DNA from: an uncultured Ruminococcus sp.
GTDB taxonomy: Bacteria; Bacillota; Clostridia; Oscillospirales; Acutalibacteraceae
Length of the DNA stretch: 44,941 nucleotides
Assembly: GCA_902773165.1 (NCBI GenBank)
Contig: CACYDO010000120.1
Location: 1 to 44,941, forward strand
Direction: 5' to 3'
Part shown: positions 1 to 8,135 of the stretch, in pieces
Layout of the letters: every line of letters starts with the position of its first letter
How positions within the stretch are numbered: position 1 is the stretch's first letter
The notes under the pieces: model-generated
Told to the model about the DNA's origin: nothing
The model's input: the letters and a program-made list of their open reading frames with translations, nothing else
The model's database searches: none
Made by a program: the position numbers and the translations under genes

Positions 1-68
1 CAAAACGCGGAGACTAACTTACCATCACGGTAAAGTAAAATCGGAACTGCCTGTCGGCGCTTGCCGAC
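1..68 (+). repeat. Dispersed composite intergenic repeat, copy 1 (head plus one tail hairpin unit)
   Basis: Head CAAAACGCGGAGAC (1-14), AT-rich spacer, AAAGTAAAATCGGAAC (32-47), then hairpin GTCGGC-GCTT-GCCGAC (53-68). The same layout recurs at 8 other loci in this window. The copy may be cut by the window edge. Confidence 0.75.
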
Positions 69-298
69 CCGACCCGACCAAATGTATTGACTTTTTGGGT
101 GAAAAAGTATAAAATATAACTGTATATGAAATTTTTATTATGAGTATTGAAATCTTATAGATTTAATTTCCAATAAGAATAATAAATATTATGGATCGAT
201 ACTTATAATCTTTGTGGATATAATTGTTATCTAACTATAAGTTGCCTATTATCTTAACTCACCAATTGCAAATCTTTATTTTTGTTCGGGAGGTTTTT

Positions 299-3200
299 AT
301 GGCTAATTATCCTTATCAAGATAATAACAACAGAAGACCCCTTAATAGTGATGAATCGCCGTACAGGAGCGATAGGCTCGATTTTGGCTTGACGCCGCCT
401 ATGGAGCTGCCGCCGTACGCTTATTCGTCATACTCAGATTATCAGAAATACCGTGAGTATCGGGAACAACAGGCTCAAAGAAGTTACAGTGACTATCCCG
501 GCGCGCCCGACTCCTCTTATCCGATTCAGTTCGGAAACGCTCCGCACCCGTCAAGAACCTCCAGCTTCGGTGCTGCTCCGCGTACCGCTGTGCCTTTGCA
601 GTACGGTGTGCCTGCCAATTCTTCCCGTTCCAATCACGGCGGTCCGCCGCGGTCAATGCTTCCTATACAGTTTGAAGGAGCACCTGTTGCGCCTGTTTCT
701 GTTCAGTTCGGCCGTGCTACGCGTTCGCTCGGTTCACTGCAGTACGGCGGCATTCCCATAACTGCGCCGCAAACGCATTATACACCTGCACCGCCGCAGA
801 CCGACGATCCGCCACCAAAGAAAAAGGCGGTAAATCGTTCGCCTGTTCCAAAATATAATCAAACACCCGAAAAACCGGAAAAAACGTCGCGTCCGCGTGA
901 AGATGTTTCTCCGGAAAGGTCGGAGTCAGCTTCGGATTTTTCTGGGCAGTATACATATTCGGAAGCGGCTAAGCGTATGCCCGGTAAAGACAGCAGCGCT
1001 CCCAATCCGCCTTTGTCTACGCCCGGCAGCTATCCGGGAGAAAAGTATGCTGCAGCGCCTCCTCCGAGTTACCACGGCAGCATGACGTATGCGCAGGGAA
1101 TTGCTCAGCCCGGCAGATACACAGAGCAGCGTGTGCCTGCCAATACCTCTCCGCAGAGCTATCCCGGACAGTCAGCTTATGCTGCTGCTGCGTATCCGCC
1201 ACCGTCAAACCGACCCGATCAAACGGCAGGATACAGCCGCACGCCTCCGCCGGGTTATCCAGGTCAGTATCTTTATGATACCGAAAAGCAAACGCCTTTC
1301 GTTTCCACACCAAGCAGCTTCCCCGGAGAGAAGTTCAAAGAGCCTCCGCGCAGCTACCCGGGACGATCCGCATACGAAAAATCAGCTTTCCCCCCGCCAT
1401 CTGCAAGGTCAAGGCAGCAGGCCTTTACCGAGGAAGCAAATACATTGCGCCCTTACCACACACAAGGTGCAGCGTCCGGAAATTCACAAGCATACGGCGC
1501 GGCGGTAAACTTATCGCCAAAACCGAGTATGGCGGTACAGCACGGCGGTGCATACCGCCCTGAACAGTTTGACGGTGCTTACAGCCCGAAGCTGTCGTTC
1601 GGAGGAAGATCGGGCAGAGTGGCTTCGCTGGATTTCGGAGGAGCTTCTGTTACTGCACCGCAAACGCAGTTCAGCTTCCCCAGACTTGTAAATAAAAAAA
1701 CAAATGCAGATCTGCCAGGCAGCACCACCGGACAGTCGGTCAGTCCTATCGCAGACAATGTACAGAATGATATGCCTGCGTCTGTACCTTCTGCTACAAA
1801 TGAAACTGCGCAAAGCACTGATAATATATCTGTTGATGCTCCTGTGAGCGCGTCTGGATATGCCGGTGAAAAAAAACTAAAGTCGGAATCTGATATTCCG
1901 GATATAAAAGCTCCCGTGCCGGAGCTTGATTTGCCAGAAGAGAAAACTTCTGTACCGGATCTTGGTTTGCCCGAGGAGAAAATTCCTGAATCGGATCTTG
2001 ATTTATTCGAAGAAAAAGCTACCGTACCGGATAATGGTTTGCCCGAGGAGAGAATTTCTGTACCGGATCTTGATTTATTCGAAGAAAAAGCTACCGTGCC
2101 GGATAATGGTTTGCCCGAGGAGAAAATTTCTGAATCGGATCTCGATCTGCCCGAAGAAAAAGTTTTCGTACAGGGTCTTGATTCGCCCGAGGAGAATTTT
2201 TCTGCAGCTGAATCGGTTGTTGGTGATGAAAAATCCCCTGCGTCCGAATCTGATGCAGCAGAGCAAATAACGACTGAACTGAAAATAGATATACCGGAGC
2301 AGAAATTACCCGAACCGGAACTCGATATAACAGAGAAAGATCTGCCACAGTCGAAATCTGATATAGAGAGCAATAAACCGCATGAGACTGAACCAAAAAC
2401 ACCGAATAGGGTGAATCCTGTTCCGAAGCCTCAGGCTGTGCAGAAAAAGAAGCCTGAACGTCCGGAGAAAAATTTACGTCCGCAAAACAAAAAGCCTCAG
2501 CCGCAAAGACCGGGAGCACAGAACGCGAACGCGCCAAAAGCAAATATACGCCCGGGCAGCGAACAGAAGGATCATCTATCGACAAGACTTTCTAAAATGC
2601 ACAAGGTGCAGCCGAGCGAACGTCAGGGCAGTGCACCGAAAAAAACTGAGGATAAAAGTAAATCACAGGGAAGGGCAGCTTCATCTCATAGATATACAAG
2701 CACCGCTCACAACAATTCATCTCCGAGAATGTCGGATTCTTCGGGAAATATGTCTGTGATTAAATTCGAAGGTTCGCCTTTTGCAGAGGGCGGCGCAGCG
2801 CCTGGCGAAGCTCCGCGTGAGCCGTCAGGATCTCCTTTAGCTCCGGTACGATCCGGAAACAGACCGTCCGCAGCGAAAAATGCAGCTTCTGGGAAAACAG
2901 ATTCTGCAAGATCTGAAGTTGTTGCCGAAAAGCTTCGTCAAAAGCGCTCAGACAATGGCAATGCTAAAAAACTCAATGCTGACAGCGAAAAGAAAACTGC
3001 TCAAAACGTTGGCACAGCTACGACAAATTCTCAGAAAAAGAAAAATAATTTCCCGATCATAGTAGGATCGGTGGCAGCGGTCGTTTTTGTCGCTTTTATG
3101 ATAGCAAAACCACCGGGAGTAAAAAGCGTGAATATCGCCGATGTTTCTCGTGTGATGACTATAAATGAAACACAGGCGGCAGCAGTTGAGATACTTCCCG

Positions 3201-4423
3201 AACGCGCAGCAAAGCGCGAGCATGAATGGGAAACTACAGATCCGTCCGTTGCTTACGTTGAAAATGACGAGATAAAGGCGGCAGGTGAGGGCGAATGCGA
3301 TATTACTCTGACCGTAGGCGGAAAGACAGATTCCGTTCACCTTAGCGTTGTTCCGAGAGCCGAAACTATCGCTATGAGTAAGCGCGACTGCAGCCTTGTT
3401 GTCGGGGAAACGCGGTCTGTTGAATGCGAGATAACGCCGCCCGAGGCGGCAAAGGCGCAGACTGTTTTTTCTTCGTCCGATTCAAATATCGTGAAGGCTG
3501 GGAATAACAGCCTGAGCGCAGTTGCAGAGGGTGAATGCAGCGTGACCGTTACTGTCGGCGATAAAAGCGAAACATTTGCCGTTCACGTTTATTCGCCTGC
3601 CGACGGAATGGAGCTTGACAGCGAAGAATATGCTCTCACCGTTGGTGAAAAAAGACAGATCGGCTATACTCTTACGCCCGAAGGAGCACAGGGAAGAATA
3701 CCTGATTTTACATCGACCAACAGCATCGTCGCAGACGTTAAGGATGGTGTGATCGAAGCTGCAGGCGCAGGCGAATGCGCAATAGAAGCGGAAATAGACG
3801 GGATCAGGAAAACGATCAGCGTTACTGTTTATCCTGCACCTGAGAAGATTGATATTCCCGAAAACAAGCTGTTTATGGAGATCGGGGACGTCCACAAAGT
3901 GAAATACGAGGTTACGCCGCCCGAAGCAGCCTCTGCGCCGATCGTCTGGAAATCAGATAATGAGTCGGTCGCCGTTGTTGACGAAAAAGGTACAGTCATC
4001 GCGGCAGGAGGAGGCTCAACGACGATCACCGCGTCCTGCGGAAATATCAAGGAGATAATTACAGTCGTTGTCAAATCGGAAGAAACTTCAACAGCAAACA
4101 AAAAGATCGTAGGAGCGTGGAACGCGCGATACTTTAAAAATCCTGATTCTGACACTCCTGTTCCCGTTACTGATAAGGAAAGCAGAATTAATATACGGGA
4201 TGACGGAAGCTGCGAGCTGTATCTGGCAGATGATATATATACCGGAAGCTGGGTATATGACAGCACTCCGGACAATCAGTGTTATTGGTTCGACTTTGAC
4301 GGCGGATACAATACTGTTTACGGCGAGATCACCGAGCCGGGAGGTCTTACAGAAGCACTGTATATGTATTTTGCCGACAGCGAAACGGAAAAGGGCTACG
4401 GTATGGTCTATGAAAAGATTTAA
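299..4423 (+). CDS. Giant single-pass membrane/surface protein: about 917 aa of Pro/Gly/Ser/Tyr/Gln-rich low-complexity N-terminus, one TM helix, four Big_2-type Ig-like repeats and a C-terminal globular domain of about 110 aa
   Basis: Uninterrupted ORF 224..4423. ATG at 299 lies 5 nt after GGGAGG (288-293). TM segment FPIIVGSVAAVVFVAFMIA (about 3050-3106) is preceded by KKKNN, which suggests N-in topology. There are four repeats of the type ..TPPEAA...SSD.S.V......AAGEGEC.ITVTVGxK (3110-4075). No signal peptide is present. Confidence 0.85.
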   Translation: MANYPYQDNNNRRPLNSDESPYRSDRLDFGLTPPMELPPYAYSSYSDYQKYREYREQQAQRSYSDYPGAPDSSYPIQFGNAPHPSRTSSFGAAPRTAVPLQYGVPANSSRSNHGGPPRSMLPIQFEGAPVAPVSVQFGRATRSLGSLQYGGIPITAPQTHYTPAPPQTDDPPPKKKAVNRSPVPKYNQTPEKPEKTSRPREDVSPERSESASDFSGQYTYSEAAKRMPGKDSSAPNPPLSTPGSYPGEKYAAAPPPSYHGSMTYAQGIAQPGRYTEQRVPANTSPQSYPGQSAYAAAAYPPPSNRPDQTAGYSRTPPPGYPGQYLYDTEKQTPFVSTPSSFPGEKFKEPPRSYPGRSAYEKSAFPPPSARSRQQAFTEEANTLRPYHTQGAASGNSQAYGAAVNLSPKPSMAVQHGGAYRPEQFDGAYSPKLSFGGRSGRVASLDFGGASVTAPQTQFSFPRLVNKKTNADLPGSTTGQSVSPIADNVQNDMPASVPSATNETAQSTDNISVDAPVSASGYAGEKKLKSESDIPDIKAPVPELDLPEEKTSVPDLGLPEEKIPESDLDLFEEKATVPDNGLPEERISVPDLDLFEEKATVPDNGLPEEKISESDLDLPEEKVFVQGLDSPEENFSAAESVVGDEKSPASESDAAEQITTELKIDIPEQKLPEPELDITEKDLPQSKSDIESNKPHETEPKTPNRVNPVPKPQAVQKKKPERPEKNLRPQNKKPQPQRPGAQNANAPKANIRPGSEQKDHLSTRLSKMHKVQPSERQGSAPKKTEDKSKSQGRAASSHRYTSTAHNNSSPRMSDSSGNMSVIKFEGSPFAEGGAAPGEAPREPSGSPLAPVRSGNRPSAAKNAASGKTDSARSEVVAEKLRQKRSDNGNAKKLNADSEKKTAQNVGTATTNSQKKKNNFPIIVGSVAAVVFVAFMIAKPPGVKSVNIADVSRVMTINETQAAAVEILPERAAKREHEWETTDPSVAYVENDEIKAAGEGECDITLTVGGKTDSVHLSVVPRAETIAMSKRDCSLVVGETRSVECEITPPEAAKAQTVFSSSDSNIVKAGNNSLSAVAEGECSVTVTVGDKSETFAVHVYSPADGMELDSEEYALTVGEKRQIGYTLTPEGAQGRIPDFTSTNSIVADVKDGVIEAAGAGECAIEAEIDGIRKTISVTVYPAPEKIDIPENKLFMEIGDVHKVKYEVTPPEAASAPIVWKSDNESVAVVDEKGTVIAAGGGSTTITASCGNIKEIITVVVKSEETSTANKKIVGAWNARYFKNPDSDTPVPVTDKESRINIRDDGSCELYLADDIYTGSWVYDSTPDNQCYWFDFDGGYNTVYGEITEPGGLTEALYMYFADSETEKGYGMVYEKI
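1994..2137 (+). repeat. Intragenic tandem duplication, 2 x 72 nt (24 aa: DLDLFEEKATVPDNGLPEE[RK]IS..), embedded in a longer degenerate 12-aa acidic periodicity
   Basis: gatcttgatttattcgaagaaaaagctaccgt.ccggataatggtttgcccgaggaga.aatttctg occurs at 1994 and again at 2066 with only a few mismatches. Flanking units PELDLPEEKTSV, PDLGLPEEKIPE and SDLDLPEEKVFV share the motif. Confidence 0.9.
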
Positions 4424-4593
4424 AGAACGATGGTTTTTGCAGTGCGCAAAAGAGTATAAAATACACTGAAAATTAATAAAATTATACAGCAGAATGCCAA
4501 TTTAGTACGGCGGAAAATATCATTGCTCTTTGATAAATTCTTTAAAATGCTGTAGAGTTTTAAAAAAATGTTAATTTTTTTTTAATTTCCCTA

Positions 4594-4622
4594 TTGATTT
4601 TTTCGGTGTACTGTTGTATAAT
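4594..4622 (+). promoter_or_regulatory. Sigma-A-type promoter for the 4687 gene
   Basis: TTGATT (4594-4599), 17-nt spacer, TATAAT (4617-4622). It lies about 65 nt upstream of the AGGAGG SD and ATG at 4687. Confidence 0.6.
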
Positions 4623-4686
4623 TAAATCACTGATATTTGTCCTATTAATTTTTGCAAACAAAAATGATTTACAGGAGGAAAAAATT

Positions 4687-5796
4687 ATGAGCAAAAAGAT
4701 TATCAGTGCGGTTCTTGCCGTTCTCATGATGTCTTCAACAGCAGCTCTTGCTGCAAGCGCTGCAGAGGTTGAGGCTGAAAAGTCCACAGGCGCAACAGGT
4801 ACATTTAAGTTCGATATGGGTGACTGGGATCACAGCCATGATGTCAGCTTCTATATTTGGGCAAAGAGTGCAGACGGTTCTGATACTAAGTACGGCTCCA
4901 AGAGCGGTTGGGTAGACGGAAACAACTGGGGTTCCAAGAAGACCTTTGGTACAAAGGTCGAGGGTGAAGACGGTATTGTTGAGTCCTATGAGATCGAGTG
5001 GCTCGATGGCTACGACACATTCTGCATCATGTACGATCCCACAACAGGTTTCCAGACATACAACTGCATCATCACAGAGAATGCTATCGGTGACACTTGC
5101 CGTGTAACAGGCGAAGAAGTTGAGAACCCCGAGGATAGTGAAAAGAAAGCAGCAGTAGTTGCATTTGATAATGCAGGTGACTGCGGTCCGCAGCTCGTTG
5201 TTACATCTACAGGTAACATCGTTGGTACAGCTCTTGCACCTAACGAGAACGGTGCGTTGACGCTTGCTAAGTTTGTATACAATGGTCTTGAAATCAAAGA
5301 TGATGGTACAGTTGTAAGCGCACAGGATAAGAGCGGTGTTGATAAGGTAACAGAAGAAAAGATGGTTAACGCTATCAGTGCATACGGTACAGATGCTGAC
5401 ACAGTATGGGCAGAGTTCCAGAACCTCAAGGGTCAGGAAGGCTTTGAGGATTACGACAAGAAGGAGAGCGCTGCTAAGAAGTTTATCAATCCTTCAAGCG
5501 CAGGCGACGATTCTTCTTCTGAGGCTGCATCAGATTCCGATAAGGACGACGATGCTTCCTCTTCTTCAAGCTCTTCTTCTACAACAACAACTACTACAAC
5601 TGGTACTGCAACAACAAAAAAGAGCTCCACAGCAGCTGCAACAACAGCAGCAGCTTCTACAACTAATACTTCTTCTACAGCTTCCGCAGAAGCAGGCGCA
5701 GCTACAGGCGATACAACAGGTACATCTGCATTTGCAGTAGTTCTCGTTGTAGCAGCAGCTACAATGCTCCTCGCTCGCAAGAAGGTTGAAGAGTAA
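4687..5796 (+). CDS. Secreted cell-surface protein of unknown function: signal peptide, globular region of about 270 aa, Ser/Thr/Ala-rich linker, C-terminal hydrophobic helix and basic tail
   Basis: ATG at 4687 follows AGGAGGAA. N-terminus MSKKIISAVLAVLMMSSTAALAASAAE is signal-peptide-like. The poly-S/T/A stretch lies at about 5500-5700. The C-terminus is ...GDTTGTSAFAVVLVVAAATMLLARKKVEE. Confidence 0.85.
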   Translation: MSKKIISAVLAVLMMSSTAALAASAAEVEAEKSTGATGTFKFDMGDWDHSHDVSFYIWAKSADGSDTKYGSKSGWVDGNNWGSKKTFGTKVEGEDGIVESYEIEWLDGYDTFCIMYDPTTGFQTYNCIITENAIGDTCRVTGEEVENPEDSEKKAAVVAFDNAGDCGPQLVVTSTGNIVGTALAPNENGALTLAKFVYNGLEIKDDGTVVSAQDKSGVDKVTEEKMVNAISAYGTDADTVWAEFQNLKGQEGFEDYDKKESAAKKFINPSSAGDDSSSEAASDSDKDDDASSSSSSSSTTTTTTTGTATTKKSSTAAATTAAASTTNTSSTASAEAGAATGDTTGTSAFAVVLVVAAATMLLARKKVEE

Positions 5797-5844
5797 TTTC
5801 TTCGCTGCTTTTCAGCAAGAAACAGATCAACAATAATTTTACAA

Positions 5845-5875
5845 ATGCCCTTCGGATTTTCGGAGGGCATTTTTA
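5845..5875 (+). terminator. Rho-independent terminator after the 4687 gene
   Basis: Stem ATGCCCTTCG / CGGAGGGCAT (10 bp including one G-U), loop GATTTT, followed by TTTTT. Confidence 0.75.
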
Positions 5876-5904
5876 TTGACATATCGAAGTTTTTATGATA
5901 CAAT
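5876..5904 (+). promoter_or_regulatory. Promoter for tRNA-Leu
   Basis: TTGACA (5876-5881), 17-nt spacer, TACAAT (5899-5904) with an upstream TG (extended -10). It lies about 22 nt upstream of the tRNA 5' end. Confidence 0.65.
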
Positions 5905-5926
5905 AAATGTGTAATCCAATAGATAT

Positions 5927-6011
5927 GCAGGTGTGGTGGAATTGGCAGACACGCAAGATTTAGGTTCTTGTGTCGTACGGCGTGCAGGTTCAAGTCCTGT
6001 CACCTGCACCA
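5927..6011 (+). tRNA. tRNA-Leu, anticodon TAG (reads CUA/CUG), class II with long variable arm, encoded CCA
   Basis: Acceptor stem GCAGGTG/CACCTGC. D-arm is GTGGAATTGGCAGACAC. Anticodon stem CAAGA/TCTTG carries loop TTTAGGT. The variable arm is long and the T-arm is GCAGGTTCAAGTCCTGT. The 3' end is ACCA. Confidence 0.92.
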
Positions 6012-6021
6012 AAATTATTGT

Positions 6022-6085
6022 AAACGAAAAACCGTATTGACCTTGCAGCGAAAAAAGCGTCGGGTCAATGCGGTTTTCGTTTTTA
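6022..6085 (+). terminator. Long hairpin terminator downstream of tRNA-Leu
   Basis: AAACGAAAAACCGTATTGACC pairs with GGTCAATGCGGTTTTCGTTT (about 20 bp, one bulge, one G-U), followed by TTTT. Confidence 0.7.
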
Positions 6086-6240
6086 ATATTTTTAGATATT
6101 TATATTGCGTATATTATTAAATTAGAAAATAAGTTAATGCAAATTAATAAATCCTCGCTTAGCGATCTAATTATCCCGTACCAGAGAATAGCTTAGCATA
6201 ATGTTTTACGATAATTTACATATTGAATTTTAGTATTTAA

Positions 6241-6288
6241 TACTGGTTCCTGATTAAAAGATCTAAAGGATCTAATTAGAAACCAGTA
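6241..6288 (-). terminator. Possible terminator hairpin downstream of the cysteine desulfurase gene
   Basis: TACTGGTT / AACCAGTA outer stem with inner AGATC/GATCT stem, starting 16 nt past the stop codon on the minus strand. The U-tract is poor. Confidence 0.35.
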
Positions 6289-6303
6289 TAAAAATTACTT
6301 GTT

Positions 6304-7434
6304 TTACATTCTATCAATAGCACGCGCAAGCGATAAAATCTCGTTTTGCGTGGTGAAATACGAGGGAGAAACACGGACAGCACCTGTTTCAAGAGTGCCG
6401 AAATGCTTGTGGGCAAGCGGCGCGCAGTGAAGACCTGCCCTAACTGCAATTCCGTGCTTTTCGTTAAGATAGGCCGCGACCTTTTCGCTGTTGTAGCTGC
6501 CGACATTAAACGAAAGCACGCCGCCGCTGCGTCCTTTTTCGGGGCGCGGTGTATAAAGCGTAACGCGGCTGTTTTTGGCAAGACGGTCGTAAAGCATGGA
6601 GGTAAGCTGAGCTTCGTGAGCAAGTATACGCGCAGGAGTCGTTGATTTTACGAAGTCCAAGCCGGATGAAAGTCCTATTATTCCGGGGTAGTTCGGCGTT
6701 CCGCTTTCAAATTTATCCGGTGGAAAATCGGGCTGTTCGGGCGATAAAGACGCGCTGCCTGTGCCGCCTTCAATTGTTGTGCTGAGAAGCTCCGGGCGGC
6801 GTGCTATGAGCAGACCTGTTCCCATAGGACCGTACAACCCTTTGTGACCGGGCATACATACAAAGTCAAATCCACTTTCCTGTGCGTTTATTTTAAACAC
6901 TCCTGCGCTTTGTGCTGCGTCTATCATTATTGGAATTCCGTATTGACTGCACATTGCCGCTATTCTTTCGACGGGCAGCTTGATACCCCAGACGTTCGAA
7001 ACATGGGTACAGATGACAAGCTTTGTATTCGTGCGCAGCGCGTCGCGAAATGCCGAAAGAGTTTTTTCATCGTCTTCCGAAGTTGTAACGACGGTGTACG
7101 AAACGCCCTGCTTGGAAAGGGCATGAAGCGGACGAACAACGGCATTGTGCTCCATATCGGAAATAACAACGTGGTCACCGCTCGAAAGCATGCCCTTGAT
7201 GACTGCATTTGCAGCATAGGTGCAGTTCAGAGTAAAGCACACGTTTTCGGGCGAGCCTGCGCCAAAAAGCTCGGCAGCCTTTACGCGGCAGCGGTAGATC
7301 TGTTCCGAGGCAGCAAAAGACATTCTGTGACCGCTGCGCCCGGGATTTGCGGCAGTCATGGACGCGTTAGCCAACGCGCGCCTGACAGACTGCGGCTTAG
7401 GGTACGTCGTTGCGGCGTTGTCGAGATATATCAC
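6304..7434 (-). CDS. Class V aminotransferase-fold PLP enzyme, cysteine desulfurase family
   Basis: N-terminus MIYLDNAATTYPKP, PLP-lysine context GHKGLYGPMGTG, and active-site-Cys loop RAGLHCAP. The start ATG overlaps the upstream gene's stop (ATGA). Confidence 0.9.
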   Translation of the reverse strand: MIYLDNAATTYPKPQSVRRALANASMTAANPGRSGHRMSFAASEQIYRCRVKAAELFGAGSPENVCFTLNCTYAANAVIKGMLSSGDHVVISDMEHNAVVRPLHALSKQGVSYTVVTTSEDDEKTLSAFRDALRTNTKLVICTHVSNVWGIKLPVERIAAMCSQYGIPIMIDAAQSAGVFKINAQESGFDFVCMPGHKGLYGPMGTGLLIARRPELLSTTIEGGTGSASLSPEQPDFPPDKFESGTPNYPGIIGLSSGLDFVKSTTPARILAHEAQLTSMLYDRLAKNSRVTLYTPRPEKGRSGGVLSFNVGSYNSEKVAAYLNEKHGIAVRAGLHCAPLAHKHFGTLETGAVRVSPSYFTTQNEILSLARAIDRM

Positions 7435-7633
7435 GGCGCACCGCCTGACTTTATAATAGCCTTTGCTCGCTGCGTTTGTTCTGTGACGAGCAGACTGTAA
7501 CCGCAGCCGCTGCTGCTGCTCCCACCGGGAGAGCGGACGAGCTGCGAACGTATTCCGTTTTTAGCAAGCAGATCCTTCATTTTTAACGCTTGCGTGAGCG
7601 ATCTCATCGCAATAAGCTCTTTACGTTCCAAAA
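7431..7633 (-). CDS. DUF3343-type small protein (putative sulfur/selenium carrier partner of the desulfurase)
   Basis: The sequence ..KELIAMRSLTQALKMKDLLAKNGIRSQLVRSPGGSSSSGCGYSLLV.. fits the DUF3343 pattern (Se/S-carrier-like fold with a CG motif). The likely start is TTG at 7633, 5 nt after GAGGTG. The ORF track's ATG at 7682 has no SD. Confidence 0.7.
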
Positions 7634-7885
7634 TTATCACCTCTCTTTTCAAAGACACTGAATATGCCTTTGATATTATCATTATATGCGCCGCGGAGAA
7701 TGGAGTGTAGTTTCGATAGAATTTTCATTATAACTGCGACAATTAAACAATCTCAAAATTCCCCCTAAGTCAGCTGCTGAACGAAGAGGGGAATAGAATT
7801 AAACCATATAAGTCTATTCAGTTGCACATTAATAACAACCGATCGGGATGGAAGAAAAAATATAGTGTAAATTCATTAAAAGTTG

Positions 7886-7913
7886 TTGCATATATCTGAA
7901 ATTGTGGTAAAAT
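7886..7913 (+). promoter_or_regulatory. Candidate extended -10 promoter, leaving a leader of about 215 nt before cdaA
   Basis: TTGCAT (7886-7891), 16-nt spacer, TGgTAAAAT (7905-7913). Confidence 0.4.
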
Positions 7914-8064
7914 ATTGTTAGGCTCTTTGTATGAGTATGGCGCAGGCAAGTTTATTGCTCCAATGTCACCTTGTGGACGTTTTTTATTAGAGAAACGATG
8001 TCCACAGCTTATCACAGCCAAAGTATTTTGCTCAGTTTTTCAAAAAAAGGACGAGATTTGACGT

Positions 8065-8090
8065 GGCAGCGGGTTTTGCCGCCGGAAACT
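8065..8090 (+). repeat. Possible degenerate tail unit of the dispersed repeat family
   Basis: GGCAGCGGGTTTTGCCGCCGGAAAC resembles the CAGCGGCGACAAGCCGCCGGAAC units at 20011-20033. No head module is seen. Confidence 0.3.
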
Positions 8091-8135
8091 ATGGCTTAGT
8101 GACGTTGATACACGCGCCGGAGGGGATCAAATTAT

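Noticed and set aside
224-298. The ORF-track start of the giant gene is at 224, and there are similar upstream extensions at 4594, 16230, 23516, 24135, 26843, 28439, 30552, 35641, 37315, 39529 and 43493.
   Set aside because: In each case an internal ATG, GTG or TTG is preceded by a GGAGG-type SD at proper spacing, and the family-typical N-terminus begins there. The extensions run through promoters, terminators or the preceding gene.
1579-2373. A 264-aa minus-strand ORF, plus several 60-160-aa ORFs, lie inside the giant gene.
   Set aside because: They are antisense shadow ORFs of a low-complexity repetitive coding region. The plus-strand frame is open for 4.1 kb and ends in recognisable Big_2 repeats.
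5690-5796. An LPXTG sortase signal might be expected at the C-terminus of the secreted protein.
   Set aside because: No LPXTG, SPKTG, NPQTN or LAXTG pentapeptide precedes the hydrophobic helix. It is reported only as a sorting-signal-like shape.
5451-5993. A 180-aa minus-strand ORF spans the Ser/Thr-linker region and runs into the tRNA.
   Set aside because: It is the antisense of a poly-S/T/A coding stretch, giving poly-V/E/A. It also overlaps the terminator, promoter and tRNA-Leu gene.
7818-8021. A 67-aa minus-strand ORF lies in the DUF3343-cdaA intergenic region.
   Set aside because: It has no SD and no recognisable motif, and it overlaps the predicted plus-strand promoter. It is most likely a chance ORF in AT-rich DNA.
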